From the NCBI GenBank assembly GCA_016928955.1, contig JAFGJV010000004.1:1-64000 (forward strand): 64,000 bases of DNA. The letters are read 5' to 3'. The notes below the pieces were generated by a model, which saw only the letters and a program-made list of their open reading frames with translations, had not been told where the DNA came from and searched no databases. Each line of letters begins with the position of its first letter. Position 1 is the first letter of the stretch. The stretch is from Spirochaetales bacterium. GTDB taxonomy: Bacteria > Spirochaetota > Spirochaetia > Treponematales > UBA12059. Both the position numbers and the translations under genes were made by a program. Of the stretch, positions 29,143-38,395 are shown piece after piece.

Positions 29143-29643
29143 TTAGAACGGCTCGAACTGGTTTATGTCGAACCAGTGTCGCTCCAGCTCCTCCTGGATG
29201 ACCAGCAGATCGGCGTAGTGTCGCTCTTCCCATTCAACAAGGGTTTTGAGGAGTTCCCTGAGCTCGGGGTTCTCGCTGCGAGCCGACCAGTCGCGGTACA
29301 GCCGTATGGAGTCGGCTTCCAGGTGGATGGCCGACGCTATGGCCGCCGTCAGATGCCTGGAGGCTGCCACCTGGGCCAGGAATTCCCTGCTGGTGATGGC
29401 CGAACGCCAGCCGTCGCCTTTGAGCTCGGCTTCCACGCTGCGTTCGGGCGTTAGGTTGACCGTGCGGGTGCGGTAATAGCCGAGCAGGTAGTTGAAATGC
29501 GAGCGTTCCTGGGCGGCCCGTTCCTCAAAAAAGCCTCGGACCTCGCCTTCGGACGCTTTTGCCGCGTCCTCGTACACGGTGACGGAATCCATCTCGCCTT
29601 TCATGGCCGCCTTGATGGCCGCCACAACGTCAGCGTCTTTCAT
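29143..29643 (-). CDS. Ferritin-like/rubrerythrin family protein
   Basis: Two E...ExxH diiron repeats (ERSH, EERH); RBS GGAGG. Confidence 0.88.
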   Translation of the reverse strand: MKDADVVAAIKAAMKGEMDSVTVYEDAAKASEGEVRGFFEERAAQERSHFNYLLGYYRTRTVNLTPERSVEAELKGDGWRSAITSREFLAQVAASRHLTAAIASAIHLEADSIRLYRDWSARSENPELRELLKTLVEWEERHYADLLVIQEELERHWFDINQFEPF

Positions 29644-29823
29644 GCCCTGCCTCCCGACAAAAGTGAAACGATGGCGTTCCCCGCCCGGCTTTCAGTCCCC
29701 GGCGCGCGTGTCCAAAACGGCGTACAACGCATACCTAGAGGGCCGCCGGTATGGGGGGTCTCAGTTAAGTGTAGTATACGTGAGTACCAACGCAAGCCAT
29801 CCGTGCCGCCCCCGGACTCATCC

Positions 29824-29852
29824 TTGCCATTCGTCCGCTTTCTCCCTATAAT
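29824..29852 (+). promoter_or_regulatory. Sigma70 promoter
   Basis: TTGCCA-17 nt-TATAAT. Confidence 0.75.
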
Positions 29853-29942
29853 ATGGCGATCTTCCGCCGGCCCGTCCGACGCGGGGGAAACCGCCAAAAC
29901 ACGCAACCGTCAAGCATAGCAAGGACGCTCTGGAGGATGACC

Positions 29943-32900
29943 ATGGCTTTACAATCGGAAAACGACAGCGGCGGATCATCGCCGGTCAACCAGGCGCCCA
30001 GGCGCGGAAAACGGAGGATGCCTGCATGGCTCGCAAAGCCCCTGGACGCGGTGCGATCCTTTGTGGGCGGGGTCTTGGGAACCGTGACCACGTTTTTCAG
30101 GAAAACCGCGGGCGCTGTGGCGTCCTTTACGCGGCCGGCGTTCTCGGCCGTAGGTAAGGCCGTGCGGACTTTCTGGTCAGGCGCCAGGAAAGCCAACGAA
30201 TTCCTGAGTCCGTCCTGGCTGATGCCGCCGCGGACGCTCATTCTGGTGCTCGCCATGGCCCTGGTGTCGGCCCTGGTGATGGCCGTTGAGGGCGTGCAGT
30301 TCAACATGCTGTTCTTCGTGGCCAACTACGTGAAGGCCACGTCGGTCATATCCATAGCCATGATAGGCATAGCCATAGGCGGCTTCCTGGCCTTTGCCCT
30401 CGGCAAGGCCAGGCCCTTCCTGACCATGGCCGTGGCATCGGCCCTGCTGTTCGTGTCCCTGGCCCTGTCCTATCTGGGCATCGTCAATTTCGGGGCCATG
30501 GGCTTTCCCATCTACATGGTTCTGCCCTACGTGGCCGCGTCGCTGATCGTGTCGGTGATATTCACGCAGGCCAAGTCCACGCTGGCGTACTTCGCCAACC
30601 TGGTGGCCTCCGGCCTGGGCGCCATATGCCCCATTTTCCTGGTACCGGTCCTCAAGAGCGAAGGCACCCTGTTCGCGTTCATGCTGGTGCCCATCGCCAT
30701 CCTGTTCCTCTTCTCCCTGCGGATACGCAACGTCATAGGCAAGGTTGCGGCCGCAGTCCTAATCTTTGTGGCTGGACTGCAGTTCTACGGCTTCCTGACC
30801 AACAACGTGTCCTATCCCGAGCGCATAGCCAAGGACGTTTTCGAGACCAAGATCGTTTCGGAAATGCAGCCGGTCGCCGGTGAGAGGGCCAGCGTCAACT
30901 TTACGAGCGACTTTTTAAAGCGCGTGTACACCCTGGACACCGAGGCCGGCCTGTACCAATTCTCCTCGGACGAATACGACCTTGACCGGGCCAGGCACTT
31001 CCTTGGAGTGCTGGGCTTTACGGGACGTTTCGGCATGGAGTGGCTCGGTTTCTTCGACTACAGCGACTACGTGGCCGACGTCCGGTCCATACCCAAGGAC
31101 GTGTTCGAATTCGAAATCCTGCCGGCGTCGTCGCGCCGCTATAGCTACGCTTTCCCACGCTCCTACGACCTGGGCTTTATCACCGCGGCATACTCGCTCG
31201 AGGGCGACGAATACGTCCTCAGCGACGACCGCTGGGACCGGGAACGCGCCCGGCTCCTCCTTGGTGACCTGGGGCATTTCACCTACCTGGATCTTGCCCT
31301 GGACATGAGGCGCAACGGCTATTATTCCGACGCCCAAAAGTCGTTCAACAACAACGAGCGCATCGTGGTTGACCTGGATTCCACGCTCGGACGCGTCCAG
31401 TACACGCGGAACGGCGTCAACTACAACATGGGCATTAACGGCACCCTCCTGGACAACATGGACTCCTACAACGGCAGCTACCTCGACCCGCGCGTGCCGC
31501 ACATGGAGAATCCCAAGATATTCATCGTGGGCCTGTCCGCGGACGGCATCGTCAAGTCGGCCAGGCGCAAGCCGGGCGCCAAGGTATACGGCGTGGAGCT
31601 CAATCCCATCATATGGGACAGCATGACCGACGGGGGCGTGTACCAGGTTCATTCCAACGACCCGTACAAGGACGTGGAAGCGGCGCGCGCCGAGGCCCGC
31701 TCGTACCTGGAGACCAGCGACGAGCGCTACGACATGATAACGCTCATGAACATCCATCAGGACCACGGCGTGGTTGCCACGCTCGGCCCGGAGCACTTCC
31801 ACTCGGTGGAGGCCACGCTCATGATGTTCGACAAGCTCACGGACCGCGGTTACCTCAACTACGAGGAAATACTGATCGGCCGCCGCTCCGAATTGGCCTT
31901 CCTCAAGATGCTGAACACCCTGAAGGCGGCTATCCGTGAGGCCGGCCAGGAAAACCCCGAGCTCTGCATATACATTTCCAAGTGGGATTTCTGGGGCGGC
32001 GACGCTTTCCGCACGGTGTTGGCCCGCAAGACGCCGTTCACCAAGGAAGAGGTGAGGGATTTCAACGACTATTACGCCCAGGTCAAGGCCACCGGCTACT
32101 ACACGGGAGTCGGGATCGTCTACGATCCGTACTCGCCGGCCAAGACCAGCGTGGACGCCTTCATCCGCGGTGAGGACGTGACGGCCATGCGGGAACTGCC
32201 CACCAGGATCCGCTCCACGGAGCTGGCCAAAAAGGTCCTGGCAACCGTGTCGGACAGCCGCGACGCGGATTTTGTCTTGTCCAAGTACGTGTACTCCGGC
32301 GGCTACTACTACCTGAACGCGTCCAAGCTGTCGGTTGCCGAGCGTTACCGCATGGAAGGCATCATGGACAGGGCCGGTTATTCCCTGGACCTGGATTTGT
32401 CACCGGTGCGTGACGATACCCCCTTCCCGTTCAACGTGTACGCCAAGAAGACCGAGGTCATAGATATTTTCATGGGCATCCTGCCGCTTGTCCTCCTCTT
32501 GGCCGTTCCCCTCCTGGTCATTCTCCTCCGCAGCGTCAAGAGCTACTCCATATCGCTGTGGCCGCCCGTTGCCTTTGCCGCCATTTCTGGCTTCGCTTTC
32601 ATGCTGATAGAAATAGTTCTCATGCAGAAGTTCCAGCTCTTTGTCGGGGACCCAACACGGTCGCTGATCGTAGTACTCGGCGGCATGCTCCTATTCAGCG
32701 GGCTCGGAAGCTTTGCCAGCGGCTTTCTGCCGCGCAGGATACTGCCCTTCGTGGTGCTGCTCATACCGGTGCTCCTGGCCCTGTACGGGGCAAAGCTGGA
32801 CGTGTGGTTCTCGTCGCTCGCCCACCTGCGGGGAGCGTCCAGGCTGTGGGCCGCGGGCGGCATCATAGCGCCGCTGGCCTTCCTTATGGGCATGCCCTTC

Positions 32901-33125
32901 CCGAACGCGCTCGAGGCCATCAAGGAAAAAACGTCCCCGGATTTTGCCAGTCTCCTGTTCGGCGTCAACGGGCTTGCGTCCACGCTCGGATCGGTTGGCG
33001 CCATCTTCATCAACGTCAGCTGGGGCTACTCCAAGAGTTTTGAGGTTGGGACCATAGCCTACATAGCCGCCCTTGTGTTCTTTGTGTACTTCATAGCGCG
33101 GTCTCTCCGGAAGGCAAAGGCCTGA
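29943..33125 (+). CDS. Large membrane protein with a spermidine synthase-like/SAM-binding domain
   Basis: N-terminal TM bundle (YFANLVASGLG), VELNP, EARSYLE, YDMI, DDTPF, C-terminal TM bundle (FMLIEIVLMQKF, GMPFP, GVNG). Confidence 0.75.
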   Translation: MALQSENDSGGSSPVNQAPRRGKRRMPAWLAKPLDAVRSFVGGVLGTVTTFFRKTAGAVASFTRPAFSAVGKAVRTFWSGARKANEFLSPSWLMPPRTLILVLAMALVSALVMAVEGVQFNMLFFVANYVKATSVISIAMIGIAIGGFLAFALGKARPFLTMAVASALLFVSLALSYLGIVNFGAMGFPIYMVLPYVAASLIVSVIFTQAKSTLAYFANLVASGLGAICPIFLVPVLKSEGTLFAFMLVPIAILFLFSLRIRNVIGKVAAAVLIFVAGLQFYGFLTNNVSYPERIAKDVFETKIVSEMQPVAGERASVNFTSDFLKRVYTLDTEAGLYQFSSDEYDLDRARHFLGVLGFTGRFGMEWLGFFDYSDYVADVRSIPKDVFEFEILPASSRRYSYAFPRSYDLGFITAAYSLEGDEYVLSDDRWDRERARLLLGDLGHFTYLDLALDMRRNGYYSDAQKSFNNNERIVVDLDSTLGRVQYTRNGVNYNMGINGTLLDNMDSYNGSYLDPRVPHMENPKIFIVGLSADGIVKSARRKPGAKVYGVELNPIIWDSMTDGGVYQVHSNDPYKDVEAARAEARSYLETSDERYDMITLMNIHQDHGVVATLGPEHFHSVEATLMMFDKLTDRGYLNYEEILIGRRSELAFLKMLNTLKAAIREAGQENPELCIYISKWDFWGGDAFRTVLARKTPFTKEEVRDFNDYYAQVKATGYYTGVGIVYDPYSPAKTSVDAFIRGEDVTAMRELPTRIRSTELAKKVLATVSDSRDADFVLSKYVYSGGYYYLNASKLSVAERYRMEGIMDRAGYSLDLDLSPVRDDTPFPFNVYAKKTEVIDIFMGILPLVLLLAVPLLVILLRSVKSYSISLWPPVAFAAISGFAFMLIEIVLMQKFQLFVGDPTRSLIVVLGGMLLFSGLGSFASGFLPRRILPFVVLLIPVLLALYGAKLDVWFSSLAHLRGASRLWAAGGIIAPLAFLMGMPFPNALEAIKEKTSPDFASLLFGVNGLASTLGSVGAIFINVSWGYSKSFEVGTIAYIAALVFFVYFIARSLRKAKA

Positions 33126-33901
33126 TGAGCGGATCGCTCCGGCTCGGATCGGTCCTTGCCCTGGTGCTTCTGGCCGCTACGGCTTGCGCAAAACCGGCCG
33201 TCCCTTCAAAGGGGGCGGCCGCTGAGCCGCAGCCAGAGCGACCAAGGCTCACGGCCTACCGCTACGGCGTGTCCCCGGACATGCACTGGCTGTTCTATTC
33301 ACTCCGTAAGGACGGCAAGACCATCCTCATTGACTGCGGTTTCCTGGATGAGGACAGGGCTCGGGCTTTCAAGGTAGAGATGGTGTCGCCCTTGGTCATG
33401 CTCGACAGGGACGGGATAATCCCGGCGGATGTGACGGACATAGTCATCACCCACGCCCACTTTGACCACCTGGGGCTGGCGTCGTCGTTTCCAAACGCGA
33501 CCATCTGGATACACGAAGATGCGTACGCGTCCTTCATGAAGGCTCCCTTTTCCAAGACCCTGGCCGCGTATTTGGCCGAGTACCCGCGAGTCAACCAGGT
33601 GCGGACGGACGGCCAGATACTCCCCGGCATAGCCATGGAGCTTGTGGGTACCCATACCCGTGGCTCCTGCGTCGTGCATCTCGACTTGGCAGGCACGCCG
33701 GCCACCATAACTGGCGACGAGTTCTACTTCAGGCACGAATGGGAACAACCCAGTTCGTCTTTCCCACCCGCAAAGCTGGCTTTGGCAGAGCGGCTACGGG
33801 CTTTGGAAGCTGCTGGAGGGTTGGTCTTGGCCATGCACGACCAAGGGGTGGCGCCTGAGGGTTCCGCGGCTGAAGGATCAATCAAGGTGGTGTACCCATA
33901 G
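33125..33901 (+). CDS. Metallo-beta-lactamase fold hydrolase (AHL-lactonase-like) lipoprotein
   Basis: LIDCG, THAHFDH, HTRGS, TGD, MHD; lipobox ATAC. Confidence 0.85.
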   Translation: MSGSLRLGSVLALVLLAATACAKPAVPSKGAAAEPQPERPRLTAYRYGVSPDMHWLFYSLRKDGKTILIDCGFLDEDRARAFKVEMVSPLVMLDRDGIIPADVTDIVITHAHFDHLGLASSFPNATIWIHEDAYASFMKAPFSKTLAAYLAEYPRVNQVRTDGQILPGIAMELVGTHTRGSCVVHLDLAGTPATITGDEFYFRHEWEQPSSSFPPAKLALAERLRALEAAGGLVLAMHDQGVAPEGSAAEGSIKVVYP

Positions 33902-33932
33902 CGCCATGCCAGCTAAAAACAGCTGCCATACG

Positions 33933-33961
33933 AATCCCAGCCCCAAAGGCTGGGATTTTTT
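33933..33961 (+). terminator. Rho-independent terminator
   Basis: AATCCCAGCC-CCAAA-GGCTGGGATT plus T run. Confidence 0.8.
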
Positions 33962-33968
33962 ATGGAGC

Positions 33969-34014
33969 TTGACGGATCATGTTTTTATGGAGTATATATA
34001 GTGCGCAATATAAT
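33969..34014 (+). promoter_or_regulatory. Promoter with an overlapping candidate OhrR operator
   Basis: TTGACG-18 nt-TATATA; AT-rich imperfect palindrome TATATAGTGCGCAATATA upstream of gpx-marR. Confidence 0.55.
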
Positions 34015-34027
34015 AGGGGGCTATACA

Positions 34028-34513
34028 ATGGATCAGGATTTTTATTCGCTCAAGGCCAAGACCAGTTCGGGCAGAGAGGTGGTTATGAGCCACTACCAGG
34101 GAAAAGTCGTTCTTGTGGTGAACACGGCCAGCAAGTGCGGATTCACCCCGCAATACGCTGGTCTGGAGGCCTTGCACAAACGCTATCATGAAAAGGGCCT
34201 GGTGGTGCTCGGGTTCCCCTGTGACCAGTTCGCGCACCAGGAACCAGGCAACGCCGCGGAAATCCAGGCTTTTTGCCAAAAAAACTACGGGGTCACGTTC
34301 CAACTAATGGAAAAAACCAACGTGAACGGGTCCAAAGCCCATCCGGTTTTTGCCTTTCTCAGGCACAAGGCGCCCGGGCTTATCGGAAATTCTGTCAAAT
34401 GGAATTTTACCAAGTTCCTGGTCTCAAAGGACGGCAAGCGCGTCAAGCGTTTTTCCCCCAGCGTTAGCCCTGAGAATTTGGAGGCGGATATCCTGAGGGA
34501 ACTAAAAGCGTGA
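34028..34513 (+). CDS. gpx: Glutathione peroxidase (Cys-type)
   Basis: VNTASKCGFTPQY, LGFPCDQF, KWNFTKFL. Confidence 0.95.
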   Translation: MDQDFYSLKAKTSSGREVVMSHYQGKVVLVVNTASKCGFTPQYAGLEALHKRYHEKGLVVLGFPCDQFAHQEPGNAAEIQAFCQKNYGVTFQLMEKTNVNGSKAHPVFAFLRHKAPGLIGNSVKWNFTKFLVSKDGKRVKRFSPSVSPENLEADILRELKA

Positions 34514-34950
34514 GCGACGATTCCCTGCTTCTGTCCAACCAGCTCTGTTTTCTGGTTCACAGGCTGGACAGGGCTATCGTAGCCCGTTACAAACCCCTGC
34601 TGGCCGCCTTGGGGCTGACATATCCCCAATACCTGGCCATGCTGGCCCTGTGGGAGCACGGTCAGCTGAGCGTGGGGCGACTGTGCGAGCTCCTGGATTT
34701 GGACACGGGCACGGTGTCGCCCCTGCTCAAGCGCATGGAAGCAGCCGGTTTTGTCGAGCGCAAGCGCCGTGCGGACGACGAGCGGGAGGTCTGCGTATCC
34801 TTGACTGAACGCGGGACAGCCCTGAAAAAGCGGGCGGCGTCGGTACCGGGCGCCCTTGCTTCCTGCGTCCTGCGCGGCAGAGATGAATACGCGTCGCTCA
34901 TGGCCACCCTGGGAGGGCTTCTTGCCCGCCTTTCGGGGCCCCCGTGCTGA
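34510..34950 (+). CDS. ohrR: MarR family regulator, OhrR-like
   Basis: LSNQLCF, LTYPQYL, DTGTVSPLLKRME, DER. Confidence 0.88.
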   Translation: MSDDSLLLSNQLCFLVHRLDRAIVARYKPLLAALGLTYPQYLAMLALWEHGQLSVGRLCELLDLDTGTVSPLLKRMEAAGFVERKRRADDEREVCVSLTERGTALKKRAASVPGALASCVLRGRDEYASLMATLGGLLARLSGPPC

Positions 34951-35055
34951 AGGAACGCGGACAAGGAAGAATGCCTGCCGCTTGCGGCAGGTGGGACTTG
35001 GATTTTTTCCCGAGCCCGCGGTAGAATAGGGCACACCGTTTTTCTGGAGTTGCTC

Positions 35056-37026
35056 ATGTACAAAGCGTATTCAAAACTCAGCTTGCCGGCGCTCTTGGTG
35101 CTGGCCGCGCTTGCTCTGTCATCCTGCGTCAGTTCCCCACCGGGCGTTGCCCAGCTTCAAGACCTGATAAGCAAATCGTGTTTTGAGGTGGTGATCCCCA
35201 GGATAGAGCGCGCGGACATTGCGTATGAGCGCGACCTTCCCTGGTCGTCATTGCCGTACAACGAGCGGAACGACACGTTCTTTTCTATCGGTACGGCCTT
35301 TGCCGTGGCTCCGGACCGTTTCGTGACGGCTGCCCATGTGCTCTCCCCGGGCGACTACTCATGGGTAAGCAACGAGTACTATATCCGCGACGCGCAAGGC
35401 GGCGTATACCGCGTGGACAACGTGGTAGCCTTCGACACGGCCAAGGACTACGCCGTGTTCACGGTGGAAGGTTTCACGGCCCCCGCCACGCTGACCATCG
35501 ATCAGAACTACTCCCGGGGCCAGAAGGTGTACCAGGTAGGCAACATCTACGGTCAGGGCATTGTGGCCGTTCCCGGCACCATCCTTGAGGAGTTCAAGGA
35601 GGAGCGGGACGGACGCTGGGTGTATATAAAATCCTCGCCGCCCAACGACAAGGGCTCGAGCGGCGGCCCCCTGTTGGACGAGAAATTCAACGTGATAGGC
35701 ATCATCGACATGAAGGACAATACCTTTGCGTATTCCCTGCCCATGTCCCTGGTCCAGCTCGAGTCCGACGCTGGCGTCATAGAGCAGAGAATGCAGTATG
35801 GCTTCCTCTTGATGCCAGAAGCCAAGGGCCCCGTGGCCTATTTTGACACGACCATACCGCTTCCGGCCAAACTAGCCGATATCAAGGAAGAAGCGCGCTC
35901 GCGGTACGAGACCGTCTATCGGCAGAGCATGGAAGCGTTCTTCAAGAGCCATGGCGGCCTGTTCCCCGCGGGCGCGGGATCCGCTGGGTCGCTCCGAAAC
36001 TCGACGTCGTCACCAGGCATCCAGGTGGTGTTCCGCCGCGACAGCGACGGGGAATGGCGAATATCGGAGCTTGAAAAGGAAAACGCCAACCTGTACGGCG
36101 GAGCCAGCCTCAGCGTTGCCAACGTCAGCGGCTTCAACTTCATCGACCTGCGCGTGCCGGCGGAAGGCTGGGGCAAGGACGGCGTGATGAGTTCCAATCA
36201 GCGCATCATGGACACGCTCCTGGCCGGACTTGCGTACCACCGCAACATGGGCGGCGAGAAGATACGCATGCTGTCTTTCGGGAAGCCGCTCATGACGGAG
36301 CGCCACGTTGACGCGTACGGCCGCGAGTGGAACCTGGTTACATGGACCATCGACTTTGGCTACAGCCTGGCCATGCTGATGTGGACGCCAACGCCGGCAG
36401 GGGCTGCCTGCATCTTCAGCCTGGAAGACGGCAACTCGTATGACTGGCTGAGCTACGACATGAAGCGCGTGGCCGACCTGTGCTACGTGCCGTATTCGGC
36501 AACCCTCGAGAACTGGGTAGGGTACCTGGCTTCCGGCCAGAAACTCTACGGCGACATGGAAGGCATGACGGTGTCCTACGACGACACAGGCGTCAGTGTG
36601 GACTCCTCGGCCGTGAGCCTCAAGCTTGGGGCCGACGCGTTTACCGTTGAGGATGACAATTTCCTAGGGTTGCCGTACTGGTTTACCGTGGGGAAAAACG
36701 GGGAGCTGGGCTGGAAGCTCCGCAAGGTGGAGTATTCGCAGGCCGACGACAAGGCATACTTCGTCTCCTACCTCCACATGAAACCCGCCGCGGACGCTGA
36801 CAAAGCCCAACTGCGCGACTGGGAATCCATTGCCAACGCCAGCGCGCCGTACGACCGTATTCCCATCGCCAATGACGGAAGACGCGACATCGGCGGCCTG
36901 CACCCGTCGTTCAACGCGGACAGCGGAGCGGGCTTTACCATCTACGTTGGCGTGACCGGCTCGCCGAGCGACGAGGAGTTGGCCGCAAAGCTGGCCGCGG
37001 TGGAAAGCGGCCTGATATTCAAATAA
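35056..37026 (+). CDS. Trypsin-like (S1) serine protease lipoprotein
   Basis: Lipobox LSSC; GTAF, TAAHV, DYAV, GSSGGPL. Confidence 0.85.
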   Translation: MYKAYSKLSLPALLVLAALALSSCVSSPPGVAQLQDLISKSCFEVVIPRIERADIAYERDLPWSSLPYNERNDTFFSIGTAFAVAPDRFVTAAHVLSPGDYSWVSNEYYIRDAQGGVYRVDNVVAFDTAKDYAVFTVEGFTAPATLTIDQNYSRGQKVYQVGNIYGQGIVAVPGTILEEFKEERDGRWVYIKSSPPNDKGSSGGPLLDEKFNVIGIIDMKDNTFAYSLPMSLVQLESDAGVIEQRMQYGFLLMPEAKGPVAYFDTTIPLPAKLADIKEEARSRYETVYRQSMEAFFKSHGGLFPAGAGSAGSLRNSTSSPGIQVVFRRDSDGEWRISELEKENANLYGGASLSVANVSGFNFIDLRVPAEGWGKDGVMSSNQRIMDTLLAGLAYHRNMGGEKIRMLSFGKPLMTERHVDAYGREWNLVTWTIDFGYSLAMLMWTPTPAGAACIFSLEDGNSYDWLSYDMKRVADLCYVPYSATLENWVGYLASGQKLYGDMEGMTVSYDDTGVSVDSSAVSLKLGADAFTVEDDNFLGLPYWFTVGKNGELGWKLRKVEYSQADDKAYFVSYLHMKPAADADKAQLRDWESIANASAPYDRIPIANDGRRDIGGLHPSFNADSGAGFTIYVGVTGSPSDEELAAKLAAVESGLIFK

Positions 37027-37270
37027 GGACCCCCTGCGTTTTCGGAAGAAAACGCAGGGTTCCCATAAAGAAGCTATAGAAACTACAGTTTTCAAAGCTA
37101 CCATGCAAAAAAGACATAGATGGCCAAGCCAATTTCAGAAGTCTCTTACTTCTGAAATTGGCTTTGCGATTGCTCGCGGTTGTTTGCATATATCGCGACC
37201 GCCACGCAAATCATGTCTCAATATGTAGCTCTTTCAAAACTCGTCCGACTTCTGAAAGAGCCTCGGAAGT
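37027..37270. repeat. Cluster of REP-like palindromes
   Basis: CCCTGCGTTTTC-GGAA-GAAAACGCAGGG 37032-37059 (matches 12101); 17-bp stem 37126-37164; GCTCTTTCA...TGAAAGAGC about 37227-37261. Confidence 0.75.
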
Positions 37271-37381
37271 GAATTCTATTGAAAAGCGGGGAGTCCCTGA
37301 TGGCCGCACGGCTTTATGGGGCTCCCCGAACTTTGCGCCCAAGGCACTTGCCTTCAAAGTGCATGGCACTATACTGAAAGC

Positions 37382-37825
37382 ATGAAGGTTCCACTGCTTG
37401 TCGTGGTTGCGATCTGCGCGGCCGTGTGCGCGGGAGGCTGCGCCAGCCTGCCTTCGGGCGGGATAGACGCCTTGGCGGGCACCTGGTGGGTGCTCGATAG
37501 CCTTGGCGGCCAAGCGGCCGCGGCCGGAACGGACGGCTCGCCGCTCACCCTTATGTTCACCACGGATGGTACCGGCATGGCCGGCTATTCCGGCTGCAAC
37601 CAGTATGGGGCTCGGGTGGCTATCCAGGATGATGGCCGTATCGTCGTAGACCAGCTGTACGCCACCAAGATGGCCTGCGACAATCTGGTATACGAGTGGG
37701 CTTTTCTGGACGCGCTGAAAAAAACAGCGAGCTTTCGTCTTGAGGGAGACCGCCTGATTTTCAATGACGCGGCCGGTTCAGAGGTGGCTGTGTTCCAGAA
37801 AAGCAGCCCGCCCGATCAACTGTAG
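37382..37825 (+). CDS. META domain (HslJ-like) lipoprotein
   Basis: LAGTWWVL, GYSGCNQY, TKMAC, FLDAL. Confidence 0.88.
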   Translation: MKVPLLVVVAICAAVCAGGCASLPSGGIDALAGTWWVLDSLGGQAAAAGTDGSPLTLMFTTDGTGMAGYSGCNQYGARVAIQDDGRIVVDQLYATKMACDNLVYEWAFLDALKKTASFRLEGDRLIFNDAAGSEVAVFQKSSPPDQL

Positions 37826-37879
37826 CACGGTGGAGCATGCCACGGATTCCTCGCGTATACGCACGAAAGGCCGGATACA

Positions 37880-38395
37880 ATGGCAGTCATGAAGAAAGAG
37901 TATCAGGATATATTGAAACGAGCTCAGGAACGCGCCGATTTCATACAGCGGCAGATGAGGTACCTTTCGCGGTTTCACATCAAGAATTTTGACCATGTTA
38001 TAGCCCAGTACCAGGATGAGGCCTTTCAGGAAATCGATTGCCTCAAGTGCGGCAACTGCTGCAGGCAGAGAAGCCCGGTATTCTCAGAGACTGACTTGAA
38101 ACGCCTGGCCAAAGCCCTTGGTTTCCAGCGCGACGCATTTGTGCGCGACACCCTTGAGCGCGACCAGGACGGCAACTGGGTCCTGAAGAGCCTTCCCTGT
38201 CCCTTTCTGAACGACGACAATACTTGCCAGGCCTACGATGTGCGTCCCAAGGATTGCGAGGCCTACCCCTACTGCGCGGAACGCGGTGCCCAGCGAGCGC
38301 TCGGACGCCTTGCCCGCAACGCCACCATATGCCCGGTTGCTTACATGGTGGCCGAGCGCCTGATCGAGCGCTACGCTCCGGGTACGGACGCGTGA
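37880..38395 (+). CDS. YkgJ family CxxCxxCC cysteine-cluster protein
   Basis: CLKCGNCC, CPFL, C..YDVRPKDC..YP. Confidence 0.88.
   Translation: MAVMKKEYQDILKRAQERADFIQRQMRYLSRFHIKNFDHVIAQYQDEAFQEIDCLKCGNCCRQRSPVFSETDLKRLAKALGFQRDAFVRDTLERDQDGNWVLKSLPCPFLNDDNTCQAYDVRPKDCEAYPYCAERGAQRALGRLARNATICPVAYMVAERLIERYAPGTDA

Noticed and set aside
34130..34141. Selenocysteine in the glutathione peroxidase, given yqeB/yqeC nearby
   Set aside because: The active-site codon is TGC (Cys), not TGA
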